Assembly: GCA_051294375.1 (NCBI GenBank)
Contig: CM119266.1
Location: forward strand, 27,295,017-27,359,016
Length of the DNA stretch: 64,000 nt
DNA from: Paraspadella gotoi
Taxonomy: Eukaryota; Animalia; Chaetognatha
Direction of reading: 5' to 3'
Below are positions 1-14,500 of this stretch, in pieces. Within the stretch, counting starts at the first letter, position 1, and the number at the start of each line of letters is the position of its first letter. A program made the position numbers and the translations under genes. A model generated the notes under the pieces. The model worked only from the letters and a program-made list of their open reading frames with translations, was not told the origin of the DNA and searched no databases.

Positions 1-225
1 TTAAAGGAATAGTTCGGGATTAACATTGGCGAATTAATTTCGAATCGTTCGTGAGTTGGTAAATACCATGACGCGTTCTCGTAAAACAGTTCACGATTAT
101 GCGAGTGTTTAAATGATAATTTTTATGTAGTAGAATTTTAGTTTTTAGGAAAATTAACTTATGAGCAGAAACGACTGAGCAGTGAGAACTTGAACGATTC
201 ACCAATCTCCAATTTCTACCCCCCC
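1..225. repeat. Direct duplicate of ~2068-2295
   Basis: ttaaagga..gttcgggattaacattggcga..ctccaatt(t)ctaccccc recurs about 2.07 kb downstream with small indels. Confidence 0.85.
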
Positions 226-1240
226 CCAAGAGAAGAGATTTTCGGCATTCAAATCGGACTATTTCATTTAAACCTGATCAATTTTATGTCAAAATCATTA
301 TAATGAAAAAAAGAAAAAATAGGACAAAGCTCTTCAGACACAAAGCTTCAGAATCGCGAAATCAAAAGTCGATCAAATGTAACAGGAACTAATAGCAATC
401 CCGTTTGGCAATTTTAAGTTTTAAACTTTCCCGTTCATTTCCTATAGTAAAAAAATGAGTTTGAATTCTCGAAGAGAGGAGTGGCATTTCCCCTGGCTTG
501 TTTGATATCAAATCCTTCCATCAAAATGTGAAAAAATGGAATAGGGACAAGCTCTTCAGATTGTAACGCTAAATCGGAATCCTAGCGTTTCTATAACTGA
601 TTTCTAAACCCGGATTTTGAGCAATCGCGTTTGCAATTTGGGTTGTCCAGATTTAACCGAACTCCTATTAGAAAAATGTTAATCTTATTAAATCGAGATC
701 CTCCGTCTCCATAAATAATGTCGTCTAACTCAATCAAGACAGGGAAAGCTGAAGAGTCATACTATACCGAAGGTGGGAAGAATATAGTGTTTGATTTAGA
801 GTGGAAGAACGAAGAAAGAAAGAAAGGAAGAAAAGAAAGAAAGAAAGAAAAGAAGAAAAGAAAAAACCCTCTTTTTTCCTCTTCTTCTCTCCATCTATCC
901 TCTAATCATCACGCACATGCGCACGAAACAACGGTCGCTGACTTTGACCCCCCAGGTAACCATAGCAACCAACGTCTTAACCTAAGCGCGAAAATTTAAA
1001 GACGACCTTGGCAATCAGCGAACCTGGATTCATGATGAAGACTCCCTTCACTCTCTCTCTCTGTCTCTGTCTTCTCCTCACTCCTCTCTTCCCGCACTAA
1101 CTGGTTGACTGACAAAGAAAGTTCATTACAAGCTCTTCTTTCACGGCGAATAAGTCAAAGAGTTTCTGTTTCCGACCTTTATTACCATCTATTCACCTAA
1201 CTTTCTGTCTGTCCTGTCTCTTCTTATCTCCTCTCTCTTC

Positions 1241-1250
1241 ATCTCTTCAC

Positions 1251-1310
<60 letters not shown>

Positions 1311-1320
1311 TCTCTCTCTC
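1241..1320. repeat. (CT)n microsatellite
   Basis: Visible CT dinucleotide run. Confidence 0.95.
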
Positions 1321-4300
1321 TTATTACTTTCACCCGGTTTTTTATGGGATTCCCCTGAAGAATTATTCGTGACGACTTTTTTCGGGGAAAGAAAGAAGAA
1401 AGAAAGAAAGAACTCCCAGTCGCTTTCTAACAAATCGGCGTTCTCTTATATCTTTTATATTTATTTTCCTATTGTTACTACTATTTTTTTGTTATTATAT
1501 TTGTCATATTTTTTTTTACCTGCTTTTGGTTAATAAAAAAAATTTCATTGCAAAATATTGATTACTAGAGAATAAAGTAAAATTTATTCAAATCAGCCTG
1601 ATTTTTTTTCTCATCTCTAACGTTTTTCTTGTCCAGAAAGGAAGAAAAACAAGAAAGAACAGGTTAATTGTTTTTTTTTCAAATTCATTCATTCATATAT
1701 TTTTTCAGTTCGTTCATTCGCCATCATATAATTTTAACCCCCCCCCCCTCTAATCATCTCCCCTAATCCGACCTTGAGTCCAACGTCCCAAACGTCTGTT
1801 TTTTTCCGCCTCATTTTCCGATTTTATTCTCATTCGCATCCGAATTTCGTCTCGAATTTGCGTCGGCGACATCGACTCCGAACCTCGAAACCGCAAAATC
1901 CTCCGGAAGGCGGCCCCGGCGCCCGTAGCGTCCAAATCTGTTCGCTATAATGAAGCCGAAGAAACGAACGCCCTAAATCGTTCGGCCTAATGACCGAGAA
2001 CGAACGCCTAATCGTTCGCTAATGAGGACCTGAAATGCTTTTCTGGTTTTTTTAAATAGTTCTCGATTAAAGGAAAGTTCGGGATTAACATTGGCGATTA
2101 ATTTCGAATCGTTCGTGAGTTGGTAATACAATGACGGCGTTCTCGTAAACAGTTCACGATATGCGAGTGTTTAAATGATAATTTTTAATTAGTAGAATTT
2201 TAGTTTTTTAGGAAAATTAACTTATGAGTAGAAACACCGGAGCAGTGAGAACTTGAAACGATTCACAACAAAAATCTCCAATTCTACCCCCACCCCCCTT
2301 TCCCACCGCCAATGCCGCTCGGAGCCGATCGCGGCTTTCTATTTCCGGAGGCAAAAAAAAAAAAGAAAGAAAGGGAGAATAATAAATATGGAGGCGAAGA
2401 CGCGGCGACGGAGATATGTCACTCCCAATCCCCGCACCCCGGGGTGGCTCTAGGGCGGCCCCAAGGGGGCAGGCTATTCCAGGGGGAGCAGTAAAATGGT
2501 CATTGAGGGGGCGCCCCTCTGGATTGCCTCAGGGGCCGCCCCAGGGGGGTTCCCCTGGGCCAACATTTTGGTCTATTAGGGGCCCCTAATGCTTAGCCCC
2601 GGGCCAAAAAAAAGTCTGCCCCCTGGGGTAACCCTTGGGGAGCAAAACTGTCCCCCAGGGGCGAGTTAGGGTGAGAGCAAAGTTTTAGATGAAGAAAATA
2701 ACTTATTGACTATGTTATTGTAATCTGAGAATATCTCCCTATCCTGTTTACCTCTCTTTCTCTCTCTCTCTTTCTCTCTACTTTTTTTTTATCTCTTCTC
2801 TTCCTCTTCTCTCTTTCCTCTTTTCTCCTTTTTCTCATTCCTCTTTCTTTTTTTCTCCTCTCTCTTTTTTCTCTCTCTCTAAATTTTGTTTTCTTTCTTT
2901 TCAAACTTGTTTCATTAACATGAATAAATATACATTTTTTTCAAATTTTTGTTAATTTGTTATTCTTTATTACTAAAAACTTATAATATTTTATTTTTTA
3001 ACCCAAATTATTTTAATTTTTAATTAAAGTATAGAAACAAAGTTTGAGCCAAACAATGTAGGACGTGCCATAAAAATTTAGGTGGTAACAAGCTAAATCA
3101 GTCATCTGTCTTTTTTTTTCTTAACTTTTAAATTTTTTTACCATTTTTTTTGTTGAGACTCACATACTAATGGACTGATAGAGAGAGACATCAATTTTTT
3201 AAAAAATAAATATTCATAATTGATGTTCAAAAAAGAATTTAAATATATCACACAAAACCTAATAATAGGCAATGACCAACAACACCTACTTAGTGAATTA
3301 TGGAGCCCCACAAAAATAATAAACTATTTATCAAATCTTTTAATTCATGATCATATTAATTTCACATCGTGACATAAAATTTTTCATTTAGGATTTGTAA
3401 TAAAATCATCAGTTTGTAGATTGTTTATGATGACCACGTTATTAAAGCAGAGCTGACGGTTTTGAGAGCAAAGTTAAGCAAAAACTTTATACGCTAGCTC
3501 AATCACATTACTTTTCTACCCCAATACAAAATTTTATTCCAATCCATCTATTTTAATTTACAAATAATTAGAGTTTAAATGCTAAATATAGGATGACTAA
3601 AAGTTGATTGAATTATGTAAGTTTGATTAAATTAGAAAAAAGTTTACCAATATAAAAGTTTTACCAAATGATGAAAGTTTAACCAAAAATTATAAATTTT
3701 ACCAAATGATGAAAGTTTTACCAAAATTATAAAAGTTCACCTAATTATAAAAGTTAAGAAATTATGAAGGTTAACCAATATTAGTTTGACCTAAATTATA
3801 AAAAAATTTGTTGTCAAACAAATAAAAAATGGTTTTCTCCTAAATGCCCAAACAATGAAAAATCGAAAGTCTATACATAATGTCTATCAAAAAAATTACC
3901 AAACACTTTGCTAGTTGGACCAAATGTTAAAGTAACCAAATATCAAAGTTTAACCAATTATAAAAGTTACCAAATTCTAAAAAGTTGACCTAAATTAATA
4001 TTAGTTGACCAATTATGTCAGGTGACGCAATTATGTCATTGACTAACTTAATAAATTGACAATTATGCAAAGTTGGTATATAGTACAGCTATTGGTCCAT
4101 TGATTGATTTAATAGAAAGTGAAAATATTAATTTATATTTTATTATAAGAAAGATGAAAAAAAATAGATAGAGAAAGAGAGAGAGAGAAAAACAGAGGAA
4201 GAAAGAGAGAGAGAGGAGAAGAGAGGAAGAGAGAGATAGGAGGGAGAGAGAAGCCGTTCAGGGGCAGGAAATCAATCCCCTGGTTCTGGCCCGGGGGGAA

Positions 4301-4596
4301 AGGTTTTTCCCAGCCCAGGGGGATTCCCCCCTGGAAGTGGCCCCTTGGGGCCCAAAAAAAAAGGCTACTGGGCCGCCCCAGGCGTAAAAAGATTTGCCTG
4401 CCCCTCGGGCGGCCCGCGGGGCACTCAGCGGGGCCGCCCCCAGCCAACCAGCCCCCGGGGGAAGCGATTCCTGAAGGAATGACATACTTGCCGCGACGGA
4501 AACGACGGCAGCGACGCCTCGACGTCTGTTTACGCGATCCGACGAGAAAGAGGGACAAAATACACTCGAATCCTGCACGGGATAAACCGCTGCGAA

Positions 4597-4612
4597 GCGC
4601 ATGCGCATGCGC
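4597..4612. promoter_or_regulatory. Tandem NRF1-type palindrome GCGCATGCGCATGCGC
   Basis: Two overlapping GCGCATGCGC motifs in a CpG-rich patch; no linked gene identified. Confidence 0.3.
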
Positions 4613-4674
4613 ACCTGCCTCCCATCTCCACGCCGACTACACCGCCACTACTGCTGCTCTCACTGTTATCGAAG

Positions 4675-4699
4675 NNNNNNNNNNNNNNNNNNNNNNNNN
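4675..4699. other. Assembly gap (25 N); equal-sized gaps at 14996-15020, 17661-17685, 21774-21798
   Basis: N runs of exactly 25. Confidence 0.99.
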
Positions 4700-5611
4700 C
4701 CGAGGCCTACTCCACCGCCCCGTCCGCCGCGTGCGCTGCTTTGTACTCTTATGTCCTAACACCCCGCCACCTTTAAAGCCGAGGTCCGTAGTCCCGACTC
4801 CTTCGCCTCCGTATCGCAGCGCTAAGATTGCGGTCGTGCAGTCATTCACGACTCGCCACACATAGCTCATTCTACGTAGTACCAGGGCAAACAGCCCTTT
4901 TGTCCAAAAGTGCAAAATCAGAGCAGCCATTCTTTATTTGGACTTCTCTACATCAGGTTAAAATTCGTTTATAAAGTTCCTTAAAATTCGTTTAAGAAAC
5001 TTATCGCAAAACAAATTCCTCAAAGGCAAACGTTTTCTACGTCGTTGGGTTTGTTGTCCTTTGAATAAAAAACCCAAAAGTTGATAATCTAATCTCTTCG
5101 TTGGAATGAAGATGAGAAATCATTCAAAAAAAAAAAAAGACAACGATGCGGATAAAGAAGAGTCGAAAAGAAGGAACACGAGGACGAAGAGATCAGGATT
5201 AGGCCAGAGGACGAGTATTTTTTTTAAAACAAATTTAAACTTCGTCAAAGTGAGAAAGTAAAAATTTATATTATATTTTAAATGCCGAACGTGAGAACGA
5301 TATCCAATTTACAAAAAATACGAAGCCGCGAAAAGAATTCCCGGTAGGAATCGAACGGGAGATATTCTTCGCACAGTGTGAGGGAAAACAAGGAGAGAAA
5401 TAGAAGAGAGATTAAGAATAGGTAATAGGGAGGTGAGGAAAGGTGACGCAGTGAACGGGTGAGTGAGGAAAAAAAGGAGGGAACTGAATCGCGGGAAAAG
5501 AGAAAAGAGAGAAGTACGTAGAAGTGAGGATCGAAGAAACAAAGGAACAAGATCGAGGAAAATGAAGGAATACAAACAAAAGGGAAAGACATAATAAGGA
5601 AAGATAAAAAT

Positions 5612-5625
5612 GAAAGAAAGAAAAA

Positions 5626-5717
<92 letters not shown>

Positions 5718-5719
5718 AA
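5612..5719. repeat. (GAAA)n microsatellite
   Basis: Long near-perfect GAAA run; explains the spurious FLSF-repeat ORFs. Confidence 0.95.
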
Positions 5720-5918
5720 TAATAGAGAAAAAAGGGAAAAATCAACAAAAAGACAGCAAGACAGAAAGATAAAAGCGTGAACCAGCCTCGTCGTGAACGG
5801 AATGAGAATCGGTTTGGTTCCGAGACCAAAAAAGGGGGAAAAATTTTTTTTTTCTATCAACGAGAAAAAAAATGAATTTACGGCGCTAAACAACTTTGTA
5901 TAGGAAAGGGCGAACTGC

Positions 5919-5920
<2 letters not shown>

Positions 5921-5965
<45 letters not shown>

Positions 5966-5971
5966 AGAGAG

Positions 5972-6008
<37 letters not shown>
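5921..6008. repeat. (GA)n microsatellite
   Basis: Visible GA run. Confidence 0.95.
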
Positions 6009-6011
<3 letters not shown>

Positions 6012-7159
6012 AAGACGAGAGAAGCGTCGAAAAGATTTCTCCCCAATTTTTTTTCAAGCCGAATCACGCGCTGGAAAAACAAGATTACAAACGCCGGAGT
6101 TTTTCGGCAGAGGAAAAAGCGCGCGCGTGGTGGGTGACCGAGGCGTGCGAATCCCGTGAGGGGGCGCTAGAAAAAGGTTGGCGTTTTGGAGGGGGCTATT
6201 CCGTCATGGGTTCCTCTTTTGAACGGTTGGGTGGTAGGAGGCACCGAGGGGTGATCTAGTGAGTGAATACTTAAACTAACGGTGGGGGGACGAGAAGCGA
6301 TCCGTAAAAAGGCACTTTTGTTTCGGTGGGTTGTAGGCGGCGCTGGAGTGAATAGTGGGTTTGTTGGAAAGAGGACGCTTTGGGGGTTGTATTCCGGAAT
6401 GATGGCAAGTACCATTTTTTTGAGGGTGGCGCCGACGACGAGCGAAATCTTAAATTAAGATAAGGATTAAGACTTAGTCTATCACGAAGAGGTTTTTTTT
6501 ATCCGTAGTACGTACGTATGTGGTCGCGGCGTGAACTCTGTCTTTGTCTGTTTCTTCGTCGTGATACGCGGTTCTCTTTTATATTTTCGACACATTTCCT
6601 AGTCATTCCCAATGCCATTGCCCATTGCCCATGTCCATGGTAATGACCGAGCCTTGCCAAATTTCTGGTCGCGTATTCCTTGGTAGGTCTGCGCATAACC
6701 TAAATCAGCTGACTCTCTGTCTAACGTCTACCGAATTTCTCAGAGAGTTTTTCCTCATCCCGATCTGCCATAGAATTTTGTAAAAAGTATGTAAATTCAA
6801 TTTAAAAAAAGAAAGAAAAATTATAAAAATTTGGAAAAAGAAGGAAAAAGTTGTGCATAAATCATCCCCGCGCCATTTTCTTCGAATCGTCGAAGGCATC
6901 GGGAATTCCGACTTTTCTTCTTCGCTTTTTTTATTTAAAAATATTTTTTAAAAATGTTTTCTTACATTTTTTTCTTAAAATTTTTTTCATTATTTTTGCG
7001 TCGTCATTGATTGTTCGTCGAAATGATTAATCACGAGAAAAGAATAAAAGAATGAAAGAGAAGAGAGAAGAAAGAGGAGAGAGAAGTAAGAGAAGAAAAG
7101 AGAGAACCAGGCGAAACAATTTTTTTTCTTTGGAAAAAGTTCAAATGGGTGGAGCTGGT

Positions 7160-7262
<103 letters not shown>

Positions 7263-7989
7263 TTGTCGTCTTTCTCACTGATCGCCATTTTTGTTTCCTC
7301 TGAGTTATGTGAGACATCGAAGAGAAGAGTAGAAAAAAAAACTAAGATAGGGTGACCAAAAATAAAAAAGGAGAATTTTTTATAGAAAAAAAAAAGAAAA
7401 AATGAGAAAGAAGAAAAAATGAGGTAAAAAATGAAAAAAGAAAACAAAAATAAGAAAAAAAATCAATACACACTAAGCTCAAAATTAATATCAAAATGAG
7501 AAATTAATACATATTTATTTATCCATATAAACTAAATGGTGAAATTCAGAAATTTTAGCTCACCCTATTTTGCCTCTCGCTTTTAACATCTGCAATTTTT
7601 CTCCCCCACGAGTCACCTTTCTGTTAACACTCATCTGCGCATCTTACAGAAAAGAAAAGAAAGAAAGAAAGAATGTGTCCAAGTCCGACCAATCATAAAT
7701 CCAGACTAATCTTGACTGTGACTTCCTCCGAGCTTCTATTTTCTTTTTCTTTTTCTTTTTTTTTCTTTTTTTTCCCTCCATTCTCCATCTCTCCATTTTA
7801 ATTTAAGATTTTTCAATCTTCCCAAACTGCCATCCTCCGCCAACGTAGTCATTTACTCGACCGGATGAAAGAAAAAAGCGCCGCTGTATAGTTCGGTCGT
7901 CGTGTTGATAGTCGTCGTCTTCGTCGTCGCATCTGCGTTGGCATCTCCTAAGCACCTGTAATTTCTTCCCAAGTGCATTTGGCGCCGAC

Positions 7990-8950
7990 GTCGTCGTCGT
8001 CGTCGTCGTCATTGTCCATCGTCTTCCTTCGTCTCCTGAGACGGTGGAAGTTGATCAAAACAGCCTCTGGGGATTTTTCCTTCCGGCGCCTGAAGGCTGC
8101 CGCTGCCGCTGCACCAGCCGCTGCCGCTGGACCAGCCGCTGCCTGCCTCAGCCGTAGCCGCCGCTTCCGCCGCTTCAGCCGATGCGGCCGCTGGCAACCG
8201 GTACCATCGATCGTCGTGCACCTGACGAAGGGCGAAAGCAGTTTGTGTCGCGGAGTTCAACGAGGGTCAAACAAATACAACAACAAAGCCAACAACAACA
8301 ACCACAACAACAACAACAACTACTTGGTTCAAATTCGCTTCCGGACTCTCGTGATTTTTTTTTTTTTGGGGGGGGGGAAGGAAGGGGGTGTTTGGTAAGC
8401 GTTGGATAAGTTAAGTTCTTTTTTTTTTCATCTAAATATTATTAAATAGTCTTTTCTCGAACATTCTTTTGTGTTGGGTCAATGACTTAAAAAAACGTAC
8501 TTCAGATGTAAGTAAATTCATTTCAAACTTTGATACATACAATTCTAATTCTCATTTGACAGATTTAATTTTAAAAAAATGGCAAAAATAGCTTAAAACG
8601 CCTAATGATTCGAAACAGTTGGTCTTCTTTCAATTTGTTTAGTATGTTTAGTTTTTCCTCTTTCTCTTTCTCGAATTGTTTTCAAATTCTTTCTAGCGCT
8701 TACCCCCCCCCACCACACTCCCCCCCCTTTCCGTTCTTGCAACCTTCTCACTTTTCTCTATCTTTCTTTTTTTCTCATCTCTTCTTTCTTCTAGCTTCCC
8801 TTCCTTCTTTCATTTTTCCTCTCGTGTTTCTCCTCTTCCCATTGACGCCAGTTTTCCGACTTTTAGGGGAATACATTGAGATTTTATGCAAAATGTAGAA
8901 AGGAAAAAAAAGCCAAATCAAGACGAACGGAGATCGATTCAGAGAGAGAG

Positions 8951-8982
<32 letters not shown>

Positions 8983-11416
8983 GGAAACTGCGGCAATTTG
9001 CTCTTTTTTTTTCCTCACGTCTGAGAGAAAACAGGGAAATGGGAAAATGAATGAGTCTGAAGAAAAAAAGTTTTGAAAAAAAGGAAGACAACTAGATAGT
9101 AGAGTGATGTGAAAATCAAAAAATTTGTTTAGAAAATTAAAATTTAGCATATAAAACATAGAACATAAAAACCAATAATCTATATTTTGGTAAAGTTATT
9201 TTTAATTTTATACATTAAGTGGGCACCAGGTGAGCTATAATTATATGAATAATAAGGTCATATAATAGGCTAAAATTTCAAAATACAAATTTTTAAATTT
9301 TAAGATCGAATTTGGATTCCTTGCAAAAGTATTATAAGATAAGTACAATTTTTTTTAAAAATTCTTTCATTAAGGTTAGTCAAAAATGTAAAAATTTTTA
9401 AGACGCCCGATTATAAATTTCAGGCTAAAAATATAGTTTTTAGTAATTTTAACCTACTTAATGACATAATTTTTGAAAAAAGGATTTATACTTTCTTTTT
9501 TAAGCTTTTAACAAGGAATCTGAATCTGTTCTCAGATGTAAAAAAAAAACCATTTTGAAATTTTTGACATTATATAAGGGTAGTACTATATACAAAATAA
9601 GCTTGACTGGGCTACTATAGTTTATAAAAAAAAAAATAATTACAGATTAGTATTCAGCTAATATGATAGTTTTCAAAGATATAACTGCTTAAATTGTTGA
9701 TGTCCAAACTTTCACTTCACGCCTAACTAGATAGATTAACGTCTCTCTTTCTCTCTATCTGTCTGTCTGTCGCGTGTTGTCTGTGTGTGGACCCATTGGC
9801 TCGCTCTTGTTTTTTTTCTCCCCGCCAACACCCTTAGGAAGTTTCTGCTTCACTTCCTCCTTTTTTCTCTTGTTTCTTTTATCTATTTTTATCTTCTTTT
9901 ATTTCATTCGCTCCCAACCAAGGTATTGTCTTTCCACCCCCACTTTCTTTTAAAACTTACCCCGCATTTTTTTCAATGCGCTCTGACGCCCTTTTCCTCC
10001 TCCCACCTCGACGCTTCTTTTGGGTCAAACGCACGACGAAAGAGCGGAAATTGATGGAAAATTTGGAAGGGAAACGAGAAAGAAGAAACTAATTGGGTTT
10101 CCGCTTCGGTGAGCACTTACACCGTCCCTCCTTATCTTTAACGCGTCCTTGTCCCAAGATCAACTCAAAATCGAACTGAAGATCGAATCTCATTTTTTTT
10201 TAAAAGTCGACTCTCAATTCTTGATTTTTTATAACTTATATTTCAACATCCGGGTTTACGGTGATCACCAGCCGAGGTGGGAACAATCTACTACCACGTG
10301 GCGTCGCTGCTCCGTTACTGTTACGCTTCGCAAACGCATTGGAAGTCGTCAAGGGCTGTGAAAGAAGCGCAGGGTTGAAGATGGTGAGGCCACCGAGATC
10401 GGCTGAAGGATGTTGGAGGTGAGGCTTGTGAATATATCGCCACAATGTTGTTAATCTTTTACAAGATCGCTTTCACCTTGTCCGATGTGTTTACTCTAGG
10501 TGTTCTTACACAACTTTTCAACTGCATTATTTTTTTTATATTATCATTATTAATTATCCTTAAGTATCAATCCTGTTCTCGATTTTCCGATGTTGAGCGG
10601 CGAATTTAAAAAAGAATTAAATAAGGCGGTAATTAAGTATTTAGTCTTGGCGACTGGTGATTCGACGGTGAAGGCGAGTTTCGACGATCACGTCAGCGCT
10701 ACGCGCATTCGTAGTGGTCGCGTGCTGTTTTAGTGAGACGGGCGGAAGGATGCCGAAAGGAATTTTCTTTAATGGCAGTGAACCTGACCCGCTTTGAGCC
10801 TGCAGCTGCCCAGTATCTAACGCTTTTTTTTGGTTAGACCATTGTATTTAGCGCTTTTCTTCGCTCTTGTTTTCCAACTTACCTCTCTCCGCGTCCTCCT
10901 CCGCTGCATCCTCTTTCATTCCTATTGTTGTTTCCGATCCTTCTTTCTTCGAGTTATTCGTCCGAATAAGACAGAAAGAGACCTCAGTCACGGGCAAACT
11001 CGCGCCCATGAATAAAGATTATAAAGATTTTCGTTTCGCGGGGTTTTTTTCCTCGCCGTCCTCCTATTCTGAACCCCATTCCTTCCAGCCCTCACCCGCT
11101 AAAAAAAAGGGTCAAGAGGTCAAATTGAGAAGATGAAAAAAAATCGTGGAGACGCAACGGGAAAAAAAGAGACGGTGGGTGATAGAGTGGTGAGCGAGAA
11201 GGGGGAAGGGGGCAGGGCGTTGATACGGTAGGGGGGCGGAAAGTGGAATCTGCGCTAAGTGAAGGTAGGCAAGTAAAGAGACTAAGGCCGGTGGGAAGAG
11301 AAGGGGCCCGTGGCCAACCGGGGAAGACGAGCGCGAGCTCGAAGAACAGAAAAGGAGCTAAAAAATGGCCGAAAGATGTAAACATTCTGGACAGCTGAAA
11401 TGGAAAAGGAAGGCAG

Positions 11417-11500
<84 letters not shown>

Positions 11501-14500
11501 AAGAAGATGGGCGCGAAAACCGGTTAAATTTAATGAGGCGCTGAACTCGGTTGCGCGGCGACGGCGCACGGGCGCAAAAGCGTCCCGGCTACGCAGCCGA
11601 TACAGCATTTCGCGGCCGGGAGAATTGTTCAAAGCCGACCCTTTCGAAATTTTTTCCGATCAATCAGACGAAATTTAATTAATTTTAGATGGAGTGGAGG
11701 AAAACGAGGGCGGAAAATGAAATGACAATCAAGGATGAAAATTGGAGAAACCACAAGAACGAACTGTTGAGGAACGGAATCTCTGTATTAAGAAATCTAC
11801 GGTAAGCTTAGATTTTTTTATATGAAATTGGAACAAAACGCAATTATAATATAATATACAATATAATATAATATTATATTGTTAATGAAGTATTTTTGAC
11901 GCTTATAATAAGTTTGCATATTGCAGTTTCACAAATATGAAAATTTAAGAAAAGCCATAACTATGAGAAAAATATTTTTTATCTTTGAAAGGGGCATTAA
12001 ACAAATTTTTTTAACGTAAAAGAAAAAGTATCAATTTTTCGCAGTGGAATAAATAATTAATAAATGGTGGCAGGCAAGACTTAAAAGCTGGCCTCACTGC
12101 TGTCGCGTCCTCAGCCTCGTCTCAATGGCTGTGCAGGCTAAATCATCTGATTCCATCCGGCGCCGTTCCGGTTTCAATTCCCTGGGGTTTCCCGGTTCTG
12201 GCTTGATGTACGGTGCCGAGTATCACTTGCCAGTGACAGGAGGCGGTTCACTGGAGGGTCCCGCAGCCCCTACGGCCAGTTGGTGAGGACCACCAGCGCC
12301 GGGGTAATGCAAGGCTGATCCTCGCCGTAGCATGAATAGCAATTTAATGATTAAGTTTTTTAAGACGGTAATTGTGTAAAGAGTTATAAAGATTTTGTAT
12401 CTGAATTGAGCCCTGACCGTTTTATTTTTTAAGTGGTTCAAAAAGTATCTGAGTTTAAAAGTTTAATTGAATGACTCCGAATGAGTTCTGTTTAAAGTCT
12501 CTAATTGGTTTGAAGTTTTATACCAAATACCTTGAATTTTGAAATATCTGGTCTCCTCGATTGGTTAATAATAACTAGTAGGATGTTTGTGATCTTATGT
12601 CTTAAAAATGTGAATTCTCGCTCTCTATTTGGTTTGTAATAATAATTGTGTCCTTGTAATGATTAAAAGGCAGAGTAAATTTTAATTTTGGGAGATTCCC
12701 TCTGAGAGACCATTCAGCGTATTAAACATGATTATTTGTGAAATTGATTTGAATATGGTTAATATATTTTAAGCTTTTAGTAGCTTTGAGCTGTTGCCTT
12801 GCGTCTCGGCTCTGCGTGCTAAACTTGTGCTGGCGGTTCGTTTTGGTTCTGTGGCTGCATCTCGGTTCGTAACTGGCTATTGCAGTGTGCTGCGTATTGG
12901 CTGGCTCTGTCATTCGATGCAACGTCCTTCAATGATTTATGTGGATATTGAAAAACGTTAATAAAGTCATTATTGCCTATTTTATGACTCTTTGAATATA
13001 TGAATTGAGGTTAATATTAAGTCGAGATTAAGCACTGCTTGCAGACAATTGGGGGGTTTTTTTTTTGTTCTCATCTGAAAACTGAGAAAGCCCCCCCCAG
13101 GAGATCCTTCCTTCAGTAATCAGTTTCAATATATTTATAGAATTGAATTAAAAAAGTCTAACTTAACAAATGACATGAGGAAGTCTAAAAAATTTACATG
13201 GTTCTCTCTAATAGTGTGAGAGACGCGGTGAAATCTCAATAATATGTTAATCGATGAATTGTTTGCTAGTCAGGAAATCCTCAATTATTTTGTTGCATAC
13301 ATAGATGTTCTCGGTTGCTCCAGAGTGAGGCTAAAAAATCCCAGATAGTCGCATTAAGCTAGTAGTCTCCTTCCGCCACCTGCGAAGTATATTACCGCAG
13401 TCCAAGACTTTTTCCCTGTGAAGAAACGGGCAAGAATCCTTCACAGATCGACGGAAGTCCCTGCAGAACAAACTGTCTTCGCAGTCCTCCCGGCCTCCCG
13501 GCGTCCGGCTTCTATTTGCGAATGCAGTTGTTCCCGCCTCTCCCGCCTTCCGCTCGTTCAACCCCCACCCCTCAATGCTGCTGACCCGCCTCCTCCGGCC
13601 ATCCCCGAAACCCCGAGCCGCGGGAAACCGGTTTCGGCGGTCCGATCTCCCCGACATTAAGAGCTCTTTAAATTTTCTGGTTCCAAATCATTCGTTTTTG
13701 GTTGCGTCGTCCTTGACGGTTAATGGGAAGCGGGCGGTGGGCGTCGTTTCGTCGGGCGCGGCGGCGTCGCCCGACGCGTCGATTGGCCGCGTCGCGCAAG
13801 GCCGCTTCCGCTTTTCTCCGTCGTCGCCGCCAACCACCAGCCACTGGACGCGGCCCTCCTGGCACGCCTAACTTTCTTCTCCGTTGGTTTTGGACATCAC
13901 TGTCGTAACCCGTTTGTTGATTCGTTGGCGTCGCTTTTCACGCCTAACTTCTCCAAACATCCACAGCCTTCAGTTAGAAAATCTCCAACAGTGCAACATT
14001 TTAAAGAAAATATCATAAAAGGACCTTATACCACGTATGTTTTCCAGAATATTTTTCTGTTACTGGTTGACCTCGAAAACCACGATAACCGGACAGACTA
14101 TCTACAGAAATGTACCCGGACCCCCACTGTCTGCAGGACGCCGCCTTTCCGCAAAGCTTTTCCAACGACGGCATGCTTTCTTCAAAAAACGCTGCCGGGC
14201 ATGTCCTTGATGTTCCCTCAGATTTCCGCTTTTTATTGTTTTCGGTCGACCCTGAACAAAAAGGAGACAGACAGATGACAGAGACGCCTCGTCGACGCAG
14301 AGTTTTAGACGAACGGGGAAAGAAATGGGTTCGTGAAGACGGTTCCGGAAGGTCGGAGGCCGCGTTAATCGGTGCTAACGTTTATCGAATCCGCCGCGGC
14401 GTTTTACTGGTCTTTCTCGAACGGAGGTCGATGGTCGTGTGTGCCCGCTTTTTTTCGGGCGGCCATCTTTGTCAAAGCTGGTGTGGCCGCTGATAAGGCT

